Virus record (IMG/VR): IMGVR_UViG_3300043568_000079
Location: 1 to 64,000 of that record
Origin: an uncultured virus (IMG/VR IMGVR_UViG_3300043568_000079)
Lineage: Duplodnaviria > Heunggongvirae > Uroviricota > Caudoviricetes
DNA: 64,000 bases
Reading direction: 5' to 3' (one strand)
Part shown: positions 27,452 to 40,100 of the stretch, one piece after another
Layout: each line of letters begins with the position of its first letter
Numbering within the stretch: the stretch's first letter is position 1
Position numbers and translations under genes: made by a program
The notes under the pieces: model-generated
Told to the model about the DNA's origin: nothing
Seen by the model: only the letters and a program-made list of their open reading frames with translations
Database searches by the model: none

Positions 27452-28168
27452 TTAAGACTCCAATTGTAATAAAGTTAATGTAACATCGATTGCTCTGGAT
27501 ACTGTGTCTTTATTTGTTACAGCTAGATAAACCGTAGTAGTTGTAGCCACATCATTATTAAACCCTATAACTCCAGGAGTTATTAATTGAGTTAAAGAGG
27601 ATGCAGTTGTAATAACTTCCGCAATAACTCCGCTGCCTGGCAACGGATCATTGCCTTCAGTCCTTGCTGCATCATTGGTTCTACTTGTACTGTCTGAGTA
27701 AATTCGAACCCATGCAGCATGAGAAGTTTGTACCTTTGACAACATATAAGTTTTAAAACCAGTTGCTTCTGCATTTCCACTAGCATTAGCAGCAAGAGCT
27801 GCCGTTGTTCCTGTGGTCAATACTCTTGAAGATAGGCCAACTCCGCCACCACCTGACACAGTTCCCCACCCGTAATTATAGTTTTGGTCTGAAAGTTTAA
27901 TCAGTGCCTGCCCAATAGATCCACCATCTGGTAGACCCGGTCCAGTTGGTCCAGTTGGGCCTGGGACCACACTCGAACCTGCTGGTCCAGTCGGTCCTTT
28001 AGGACCCGCAGGCCCTGTGGGACCAGTAAATTCGGCGGCACCTATTTCTGTAACAACTTGATCAACTAAGTCAGTGTAACGGATTCTTCTCGGTAGTATC
28101 TCATCAACTATTACAAAACTTGTAACAGTTGTACCTGAAGTTATAAATGGTAATTGATTAATTTTCAT
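27452..28168 (-). CDS. Collagen-like (Gly-X-Y) fibre protein
   Basis: GPTGPAGPKGPTGPAG...GPTGPTGPG repeats; GGSIGQALIK motif. Confidence 0.75.
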   Translation of the reverse strand: MKINQLPFITSGTTVTSFVIVDEILPRRIRYTDLVDQVVTEIGAAEFTGPTGPAGPKGPTGPAGSSVVPGPTGPTGPGLPDGGSIGQALIKLSDQNYNYGWGTVSGGGGVGLSSRVLTTGTTAALAANASGNAEATGFKTYMLSKVQTSHAAWVRIYSDSTSRTNDAARTEGNDPLPGSGVIAEVITTASSLTQLITPGVIGFNNDVATTTTVYLAVTNKDTVSRAIDVTLTLLQLES

Positions 28169-28171
28169 CTT

Positions 28172-31100
28172 TTAATATCCCTCTATCGGATTGTTATTGT
28201 CGTCTGTCAATTCAAAATTATTATTGTCTGTTAGAGTAGGATCTCCACCATAATAATAATAATCAGGTAATTCTGTTGTTTTCTGTTGTATAAACATAGC
28301 CTGCGGTGTTACAGCAGTCAATAACGAAGATTTAATTACCCACTCATTAGCAGATACTTCTTCAATCGGTTGCCAGAACTGACCAGTTCTTTGTTCAATT
28401 TCTAATCTCACTCCGGAAACAAATCCCTCAATATTTAATTTTAATTCATGATTGTTAGTCAACGAATTATAAACTACAGTAAATTCAGAATCCAGTGTTA
28501 CTAAACTTGTTGAAGTCGTATCATAGGCTCTTCTAGAATCATGTACCAAGGTACTTGTTTTGCGAAGTGTCCTTCCACCGTACTTAATAGTTACCTGATT
28601 AGTTGCATCAGTCGATGTAGAAAGAGTAATTCCGTCACACACAAACTGGTATGGGCCCACGTCAGTGGAATAACTGGAAGTGCTAATAACAAATGTGTAT
28701 GTGTTGAACGAGTTAGTTACAGTACTTAATACTCGAGCATTTGTTGTGCTGGTAGTAATATGATATTGCTTCTTAATTACATCACTGTAGGGAACTTGTT
28801 GTTGTGTACTTTGATCCATTAGTTTAGTTCCAACTTCAGAAAACAATGCGGGTGCTGTGCCGTGAGTGCTTCTTCGTAAATTGCTTAATGTATTACTGGC
28901 TTTTTCAAAGAACTCAATACGTTCGCTGTCAACAAATACTACTCCTGGAATATTTCTAATAGGATTAGGAGGAATCAATCTGCTAGAATCTTCAACGTGA
29001 ATTTCAGTATCAGTGAGCGTTAACTCTTTAGTTAAACGTGTACTGTAAAAATCTGATAATCGAGTATATGATGTTCTATCAAAAATATCTTTAAAAATTC
29101 TATAACCTAAAGTAACGTTATTTCTTAATGGTGAATTAATAGAGGTAATCATAATGTCGTTTGACGTATTGACAAATATCCATTCACTAAGTTGAATAGT
29201 TCGTTGATCTGGAAGAAGTCCAAAGTCATATCCAGGTATTAACGGTGCTCCGTCTACATAGACCCAGACATACTCTGCACTAATAACAGGTAAGCTAAGA
29301 GTAAATCTACGCATAGAATTACCCGAGAAACGTTCTGTTCTAATCAACATGCCATCATGGTCTGTAAACGTAGTTACTTTTACAGATCCGGATGTAAGAG
29401 GAGTTGATAAAATAACCGTGTTACCAGACACTATATAATCATAATCAATAAGGCTTTCGATTGCAATTGCATCACCGTTTACAAGTAATCCGGTAGGGAA
29501 AGTAATTGTACTGTTACTTACGGATAGCGTATAATCAAAGCCCGATCTTAGTAAGAAGCCATTTAAGTAAACATGCACTGTTTCAATAGAATATGTACCT
29601 GATGGTCTAGGCTTATTGTCAATATTGAATGTAAGTTGAGTTCCATCAAATTTATAATAAGTCACATCAGGAGGAGAAAGTCTTCTTCTGCCTGCTCCAG
29701 CCAATGCTTCATATTCTACTAATACTTGAGCACTAATCGGTTCTATATTAGCAATAGGCTTTGTTAAATTCAACACAGTAGTAGTTGTAGTAATGTTGAA
29801 ATATTCTGTCCAAACTCCGTTAAACTCAGGATAGTTAGTTTCAAAAAACCATGCTTGAATCACGTTAGTACCAGCAGGAATATTGTAAACTGTAACTGCC
29901 GCTCTATTATTTTCAATACCAGTAGGAGATACCATATAACCATATGATGAAGTTGATAGTGTTTCAAAAATTTGAGTACCATTAACTGTTACATAAACAG
30001 AACGAACATCGTCTATACTAGCTAAACTAGGAATTAATACAGATGATTGATCACTAACTGATACTAGGTTACTATCTAAAAGATAATCGCCTCCCATGGT
30101 CATTAATGTATAACCTGCTCTACCAGTTGTTGTCTGAGGAGCAATGTACAAAGTTCGATCATAGATAAAGAACTGATTTCTTGCTGTAAAGTTATACGGT
30201 TCTTTATTAGGATCAAAACTTCCTTGTCCTGCATACTGCCAGTTTCCGCCCTCCGAAGTACTATAGAATACATGACTGGTATTGTTTTGTATAGAAGTAT
30301 ACGGCACCTGAACGGCATTAGCGCCATTTTGATTAGAAATACCTGTTATAAATCCGCCATTTGGAACAGAAGATGAAGCGTTTAAAGGATCATACTCGCG
30401 CCATGTGTTTTCATAAATCATTTCTACATACTGATTCACTCCATCAGAATATAATCCGAGTTCATACTGGTACGCAGGTAACACTCCAGGTTCATCTCTT
30501 TTCTGGTAATGACTACCTTGAAAGCGCAATCTCCAGTAATTAAATTGAGTAGTTGTTCCTGAAATCGTACCGGTATCGAACCATAGCCCAGGAAGTTGTC
30601 CGTTTTCTAATAGTTGTCCGCTTTCTCCTATTGCCTGCCATAAGTCGCAGAACATCACCATAATTGATGGATTTTCAAGAGCGTCGATATTTAAAGGCGT
30701 GTACTCAGTATCTCCTCCGCCAAACGTTACATAACCATTTGTGCCAACGTACACTTCAGTGTACACTGTACCAAACATGTTCCAATTAAACCCTAGCGAA
30801 TAGGGTCCAGTAAATTCATCGTCACCGGCAGAGGCTCCGATAGGTGCCCCAGAAACGCCGATTGGCGTAGCAAGAGAAGAGCTAAAATAAGGACCTATTG
30901 TACCAGGATCAGGTGGAGTATCTAATCTATCAAAAATTAATCCTTTATATTCTACCTGAACACCTACGGATTCTGTAACAGGATGTGGCAATGTAGTAAC
31001 AGAAACTCTACCGCTGACTACAGGAACAGCGCCTGAAATTACTAGAGGAGATGAGTTATTTTCTTGTGTATAGACATTAATACTAACACTATCAAATGTC

Positions 31101-34100
31101 TGTCCTTTAACATGCTCTTCGGGAGCATACCCTAATTGAGCATTTAAGAAGCCGCTGCCATTGACTGTTAAGTCTGTAGGATTTACTCCTAGTGCTCCAA
31201 CAAAGTTGCCAGCACTGTCCCAGGATCCTGCTGTAAGTTCTGTGTCAACTCCGTTAACATTAAAATTATCTTTCCAAAATTCTAATTTTGGATATCCGTA
31301 AATATCAACATCAATATGATGACCACTTAGGCCTAGCCCACGAATAGTAAGAGCAAGTGTTCCGCTAGAAGTAGCAGTTGTTTCAACATATTCAGCCAAT
31401 GAACTTGTTTGCAACGGCAAAGTAGAATAATCTAAGTAAACAGATGATGTTGAAACATCTTGAATAGAAATTAAAGTATCATAATAAACTGTTGTAGTGT
31501 TTATGATATCATCAGCAAAAGAATATATCTTATAAGTTGATGTAACTTCGTAGTCTCTTAACATTGATGGAATACGAACTGTTGTGCCTGCTGGAGCAGA
31601 ACGCACAGTCGATGTCGACAACACACTAGACCAGTGTGTGCCCGTTCCGATTGCAGTAAATCTATCTGTACCAACTCCAGTTACTTGATATCTACCGTCG
31701 AAGCCAGTAAGTGTTCCGCCTTCGCCTCCATTAATTCCCCAAATTTCTGCGTAGTCTCCTACTCTAATATCGCCGCCGAAATCTTCAACTGTGTAGAATA
31801 CTAAAGTTCCTCTGGTAGTTAGGCTGTCAGACCAAACACGTTTAATTTGAAATTCATAATTACTAACTTCAATCGAGTTGGCGCCAGTGTTAACAGAAAC
31901 AACTACAGTATCTGTCCTTAGATAATTTAAGGCAGTGTTCGTTAAGATAATTTTCTGCCCTGGAGAAATTCCTTCAGTGGTACTTAATACTAGTGTACCT
32001 GTATTGTAAAGCGCATCTGCTACTAATTTTGCAGAAGCATAGTAATCAGTTAAGTCAGACCATGCAGAATTGTTGTCGTATGCTCCGTGGCCCCAAGGTG
32101 GAGAATAATCAAATCTTAAACCTTGCAGTTGAGTCTCACCAAATTCTGCACCAGACATTAATAGAGGCAATTCTAGTCCAGGCATGCTGTCTGTAGGTTC
32201 GTAATAATTATGAATTCTATCAACTGCTGTATAAAGGTTGATATTTTTATTATATGTAATTTTAAATATCTGTCCTTCACCAGGAACATAGTTTAAAAAT
32301 ACAAACCTAGAATATTTCTTAGTGTAATTATTATATGTTTCTGTATAATATTCAATAGTATAGTCAGTAGCAAGCACCAACTTACCATCTACTAATGGAG
32401 TAATATTAGACTTGTTAGGTTCAGCTAACCAGCTAAGTACAAACTTATTTGCATCTCCTGAACAGACGAACGTTTCAGTTACTGTAGTATCACCTAATTC
32501 GTAGCCTGTACCAACTCTGTCAAATTTAATACCAACAGTGTTTTTTCTAATTGTGTCATTACCCATTACAACTGATACAGTTGCAGTTGATGTCACGTAC
32601 TGGCCGCCGCCAGTAATTGTAACTAGAGGAGGAGTAACATATCCAGAACCAGGATGAGTAACTAGAACTTTATATAGTTCACCGTTTCTAATATAGGCTT
32701 CTGCTTTAGCGCCGGCGCCGCTATCTCCTAGAGCAGTAGTAATTTGGACGTTAGGTCGTTGAGTGTACCCTGCACCTTTATTTCCAACTTCAATAGATTT
32801 AACATAATATTTGTAGTTGTCATTCCAAGACTTTCTAGGATACTCATCTAGCAATGTATTACCTAACTGCACAACTTCAAACTTTCCAGTAGAAGAGTTA
32901 TAATAAGAAGGCAAATCAAAATCTGTCAAATATACAGATCCTTGGTCAACGTTATTATTATAGATAGATGTGTAAGATCTAATCTTTGTTCTATAAGGTT
33001 TTACTTCTTTAATATAATCTTCAAAGTATTGTTCATTTTCCAATTGATAAACAGATCTTTGATCTAAACTGCCTATGTTGTTTTTGACATTAATGAAAGA
33101 AGTTTTAAATGCCCAATCGAGCAACTTCTGTTCAGTTAGTGCATATTTGACTGCCTTAAAGAATAATAGATTCCAGTTGATTTTTAAATCTCTAACAAAG
33201 ATATCGTCTTTAAGTGCTGTTAAAATATAGAATAGCTCTAGATCAGGAATTTGATCATACAGAGTTTCCTCTAATGTTGCAACATCATAGGCATAGTTAC
33301 TGTCCGAGTAGTTCCAAATAGTGTCCAGAATTTGAACAGTTCCATTTTGTCTATAAATGATATCGTAAGACGTTGAAAAATCACCTATTTCAGTGTCGGT
33401 TAACTTTTCTAAAATAATGTAATTACCATCTCCGGCATTTTTAATTTTTACGTAATCACCAGGTACTGTGTCATTTAGTGTTGCTACTTCATATGTATCA
33501 TTAACAACATATTTGTAATCTTTAAATCCGTCATAAGTAGACTTTACCCAATCAGCATATTTCCAGTACAATGGAGTATTATATGTTTGAGTTTTAATTC
33601 TTAACCATGTTTTGTACAAATAGTCGTAGATATGTTTTGTCCAGCGATTTCCGTATTCAGTGTTAACCTGTACAATCACTGTATGTGGTCTGACTACTAC
33701 TACAGGACTTTCTTCAACGTAATTTGATCCAGGTGCAGTAACAACAGCATTAATTACTCGACCATTTACATCAATTTCTGTTTCAATAACTGCACCGATA
33801 CCTGTTGTAGCGTTAACATTAACTTTTGGAGGTAATGCATATCCGAAGCCAGGATCTGTAACTACTGCACTAATTACTTTGCCGTTCAAAGTGAAACATT
33901 CAATGTATGCTTGTTTAAAAGTTGATGTATCGACCTCAGTTAACTCTTCTAGATCTTCAACAATTAAATCATACTCCCTATCTAATGCATCTGGAATTTC
34001 TTCCTTACGTTCTAAATTAGAAAAAGAATAATTACCTGTAATTCTACTGTCAATTAATACAGAATTAGCAAACTCAACAATATTTCTTAATGCTTGCAGT

Positions 34101-37100
34101 CTGTCTTTGAACAGAGTCTGTTGAGGTCTAATTCCAATTCCGTATTTGTTTCTATATGACAAATTGATGTCGGGTACTAGATTTCCTAATGCATCACGAC
34201 CCAATAGACTGTCAAATAGTTTTTTATTCAACATTGTATTTGGCATACTTGATGCTGAACCTTCTTCTAACAACAACCATTCTGTATGTCTAGGGATAGA
34301 ATTTTTTATTTCATCTGTAGAAATATTTGCATTAATATAATTTCCTATTAGCATAGGTTGAATATTTGCAAAAGCAACCGAGTCAGAAGATAAAATTTCA
34401 GCAAATTTCAAACCATTCGATACTGGATCCGCAATCAAACTCGAAACTTGATATGCACTGATTCTTCTATTTTTAGCATCAGGAATTAATACTTTATTCT
34501 TAACCCAGAAGAAAAAGACATTTTCAAATGAATTTGTTACAGTGTTCCAAACTTGCTTAACAGAAACAATACTGTTATCAGGATACTTAGGCTGACCACT
34601 GATACCATTAGTTAATCCTTCCGAAGTATCTGCTTGTGATGCCCATTCGGTAGGTAGTAAATTAGATTTGACCCATTCATAAACATCAATAGTTGCACCC
34701 GGGAATAGTTTACCCCAGTTATTTTTTCTAAAGATGTCATCGCCCTGTTCGTACCATACATACTTAGCGGTACTTAGATCCCACCACAATTCGCCAACGT
34801 GTTCGTCAATCCAGTTAGTTTCAGAATCGTTGATTGTACCAATAGTACCTATAGAATATGTTGCAGGATCGGAAGCAGACTTATATTTTAACTCTTGTTC
34901 GGCAATTCCTGCAATTTTTCCTTTTAAAGGATCAATTACATCTAAGTATTCAATTACTTCTTCATTTACAGAATCAATTAAAACAATTCTCTTTACAGTA
35001 TCAATTTCAACTAGGTCTGGTTGCTCTCTCAGTAACGACCAGCTATTTTTTGTGTTGTCAATCTTATTGAACTGAAAGAATGTAGAGCCGTCTGCTTCAG
35101 ATGCAGAAACATACCACGGGGCTCCTACATAAACTGCATCATTTGTTGCAACAACAGATGTTCCATAACGACTACCTTCAATAAAGTCAGCATCGTTTAA
35201 TTCTTCAGCCTGAATAAAATAATCACCCAGGTTGTTATAAACATAGACTGCACCAGCATCTGAAATAGGAGATATAAAACGTGTAGTTCCCTGGTCAAAT
35301 GTAGTTTCACCAAATCGAGTTCCTTCATCAAATCCGTAAATCTTAGATCTATTTTTTCCTAAAGAACTAACTGTTAATACTGTTTCGTTCTTGCTCAATG
35401 AAATAGCCTGACCAAATTTAAGATCGTTAGTAAGAACAGGATTGTCAATAACTTGACGAAGTATATATGTACCTGTAGATGTTAAGTTAGTAGCCGTGTA
35501 AACTGCAACTTTACCAAAACCTTCACCGATCAGTTTTGTATTAACTGACGAGATGAACATAAATTTGCCAGAAGCAGATACGTATACATCGTCGCCAAAT
35601 ATATCAGTTGTTCCAAACGGTGAAACAATAGTTTGCTTCCAGTTTAAACTATTGTCAAAAATTTGAACAATACCCGAAGTGGAAGATGTAGTGTAGCCAG
35701 GAGCACTGATAGCAATAAATTTGCCAGCATAATCTCCTGCAATCTTATGTCCCCATTGCATTTGAGAATTTTGTGTAATTCCTTCAGGTCTTAAAGATAT
35801 GCCATCTTCTAAGTTAGAAGATAAGTGTTGTGTAATGCTAACAAGATTTGTTGCAGAAGTAGTTGTACTTAGGTAATAGGCATATACATGACCAGTTCCT
35901 GTATTGTTCACGCCATCCCCTGGAGCACTAACAAGAAGTGTTGAAGAACTAGTAGAAACAACTTGATTTAAGTATATAGAATGACCAAATCTAGCATAGC
36001 TAGAAGTTGAATAAGTTACTGTGTCGTTGTAGTTAGGTCTTACTAAAACTTTCTGTGTTATTTCTTCATTAACTAAAGGTCTCTTTGAACTAATCTTTAC
36101 AAGACCTTCAGAAACAAAAGACTTTGCATATCCACTGCCTGTGCTGAATAATATAGCACTTGTACCAGTAGAACGTACATTTGTTGCTTCAGGAGCTCCT
36201 GTAAAAATTAATTCTTTACTGTTGTCATAATTTAAAGAATAACCAAATCCAGTAGATAAAGATACGTCACAGTATATTTTATCGTTACTGTTCATTATAT
36301 ATTCAAACTGCTTGTCTAATGTTAGTCTGTTCTTTTCTAATACCGAAACTCGGCCAGTACTGTCGTAACTAGGAAAATCCCATGTAGGAGCAGAAACGAT
36401 AACCAACGGAATATCATCCGAAGCATAGATTGAGAAACCTAACTGCTGTGCAATAGGAGATGCAGATGAATTAATTCCTATACCTGTATCATAATTTTTT
36501 ATCTTTTGATAGACTGCCCACTTGTCAGGTGCATTGTCAATCCATATTTTTTCACCTGTTTTAAGTTTACGTAGGTCAGGAACATTTTTTAATTCTTCAA
36601 AATTCTGATAACGAACATCATCAAATTTAAACAATGCGCCGAACGCTAATAAGTCATCATTAACAATAGTTGTTAAACCAGATGCAACAGTAAATTGATT
36701 TAGTTCTGGAATTTCAGTAACAATGTAGACACCATTCACTTGATCATTAAATTTAACAACTGAAACAATATCACCCACTGCAAGACTGTGATGTATGTCA
36801 GTAGTAAAGGTAATAGCGGTTGCTGGCGCACTTACATACACTCCAGAAACTTTTGCAGTTTGTCTAGAATATCTATAAACATCCCAGTCACCATTCTCTA
36901 AGAACCCCATCCAAATAGTGTCGCCTTCTTGAATAGAAGAATTGTTTGCAATGTCTAATAAACTATTTTTATTATATGCTGTAGATGTAACGTCATCTAA
37001 TCTAACATATCCAACAGTGGTTAAATCAATATTTGTATCTTCATAGCCTGTGCTATTGTATACTTTAAATGTCTGTGCAGGATTGTATCCCGATGGAGAA

Positions 37101-40100
37101 ATTAATAAATTTGTAGAAGATGTATAGTTAATTAAATTGCTGGCATTTGAAGGCATCTCAGAAATAAATTTAACAACATAAGGATTTTCAATTGCTGTAC
37201 CTTCTTCTAGTTTAAATTCAATTTCTTTATATGTTTCAAATCCGCCAAAATGTCCTACTCTAAAAGCCCAATCTTCATTAAAAGAAACGTCACCTTTACG
37301 TGCAAAGGTTCCTGCTTTTACAATTTTATCAATTGCATTTCGAGTACCTTTTTCACGAATAAATCCTTGATAGAACTTATACTGTGCTGTAGCATTAGTA
37401 AAAATATTATTTAGATATGTACGAGGAGTATAACCAATTAAATGCTGTGCTAACTGTTGCTGTCCATAATCAAAGTTATCAATATCTAGGCTATAGAAAT
37501 CTTCAAACTGATTAATCTTATAATCAAAGTTAGGTAACAGATCGGGTGTAGGTTTGTTAGATAGTTTAACCCATTTATTGAAATCAAAAGTTTCATCTCC
37601 GTTTACACGCACTGAAGATTCGTAATAGGCACCGTTGTATCTAACAACTTTTCCAGGAAGATAGATGCCAAATGATTTCCAGTCTGAGATTTCAACAGCA
37701 TCGTAAATGAACCCGGGACTGAATAAATCACCATTCCAGTTTGCAGTTCTAAAACCGGTAATCTTAACTCTACGTTGACGATATCCAGATTCAATGTCAT
37801 AGATAGTATCGTTGAAGATAGTAGTGTTATTAAACACAATTGCATGTTCTTTCTGAACAGAATTTAGTGTTGCAAAGAAAATACCTTCTTCTGTATTAAG
37901 TGTATTAATTGTACAAACACCATCTTGCCTACTAAGATTAAAATTACTAATAGGAAAAGATTTCCCATCTGCTTTTAACAAACTGTACTCGTAATTTCCT
38001 GAGGCAATATTATCTACAATAGAGTCTACAAATTTATATCTTAATGTGTTAGCAAAAGGACTTAGAGTAATTAAATTTCCATCGGCCCAGTTTTGTGTGG
38101 TCCAAAATAAGAATTCTTTTCCTGTAAATTGCCAGTCTAAAATTTCTTTTAGATCAGTACTGTATTGATCAAATAAGAATCCTTGTTTTTCTAAGTATGC
38201 TCCGTAACCTACAATTAAGTCATATACTTCTTGAATAGTGTTATACTCAGTCCCATAAGGAACTTCAGTTACTGCTGTTTCAAATTTTGTTGCCTGTTGT
38301 GCTGTTGCGCCCCCGGTCATAGGCAACGAAGACATCTGTTGAAAATAAGTTTCATCAAATGTACTGGTAGCAACATGTCCTATTTTAACTCGATAAAAAC
38401 GACTATTGTATCGAACAATTTGTCCTTGCTTATAATATCGAGATGTGTTAGTTTCAACTGATGTAAGATCTGTTTCGCTTATTCCTGTGGTTCCATTATT
38501 AGTAACAGAAGTCCATTCTGTAAACGGAGAAGACACTCCGCCTACTGTAACTGCTCCCGAAGTTGCAGTCTTAATGGGTTTTAAAATTTCAAAATACGGA
38601 TTACTTCTGTCATAGCCCTTGACAACAAATTTGCCATTTGACTTTTGAACAATGATTCCCGAGATATTAGCAGACTTAACAGGATTACTAATATTTAAAA
38701 TAAATGCACAGTCTTCAGGGGGTAAAACTGCACCCTGGCTTGTTGACACAGGGTCAATACTGTCAATGATAATTTGCAATTTTTCTTTGCTTGCAAATCC
38801 GCCTAATTTGTGAAATAGGTTGAAATCTAAGTAAGAAAGATCTTGCTGAAACTTAGCTACATATCCTAAATCAGTTTGTTTTCCTTTTTCAATTATTAAC
38901 GAACCAACTCCAGAAATTTGATAATCACCTTCAACTAATAATTTTTTAGGATTTAAGTATAAGTCGCCCGCATAGACTAATTGATTAGATTGATTAAATG
39001 TTGTTCTGCTGACATCATACATAGACGATGTATAGTTACAAGGTTCTAACAATGCCGCCATTGCATTAACTGCAAACGGCCAATAACTACTGCGATGCCA
39101 GGCGGTTTCTGCAGGATTGCGGTCGCCAAATGCCCATGTAAATTTTTTATCAGAGTAAGCATTCTCTGAAACTAAAAACTGATCAGGTGCTTTTAAATTA
39201 CCACTGGTATCAACAGGGATGATTGTTAATAACTGCGAACGAGCATACTCTGTTTTGTATGTACCAGTTCCTCTTACATAACCATTCTTCAAATCGGTCC
39301 ACATGAGTGTATTTGAAGAAGTATACGGCGCAGGCCCATACTCAATTGCCCACCAAGTAGGTTTAGTTGTAAATCCTAACATTTCCCATGGGTGGCTATG
39401 AGGGCGGTCTGTGTCATAGAAATATTGATATATTCCTCTCCAATATCCAGGAACAGTGTTAAAAAAGACAGAGTCTATGCTACCTTTATAATTCCAGGTA
39501 AACGAATTGTTTTCATCAAATGTAGAATTTGCAGAAACATCGACATTATACATTCCTGCCCAACGCATATAATCTTTTCTTAAAATTCTATTTGCATCAT
39601 CTAACGTATACTTAGAATTTCTAAATGCACCGGGTATTGTAGATTTTACATCAAATATTTCAGTATTATAGATTACTTTAATGTTATTATAAACACGCTT
39701 TTCAAATTCAAGAATAATTTCATCTCGATAATCGCCATACGCCTGCATTACACTGCCGTCGTGACCCCTAATCATAGAAACATTGCCGCTAGTATAAGAA
39801 GTATCTATATATAATTCAGGTTCATATTTTGGATACAGTCCTAGCTTAGACGGTGTTGGTGGTACAAAACAACCCAGTGTATCGAGATAAGTTACAATCT
39901 TAATCACATCGTCTTTAACTAAAGAAGAAATTACAGTAACGGTACCGTCGATACTATCTATCTCGTAATCTTTTCCATAGATTAATTGTACATCGTTTAG
40001 ATATATTAAAATAGATTTAAAACTTAGTATTGTTGGATCAAATTCTATCCCTAATGGATACACATAACTTGGAATAATTCCTACTGTATATTCTTTTACA

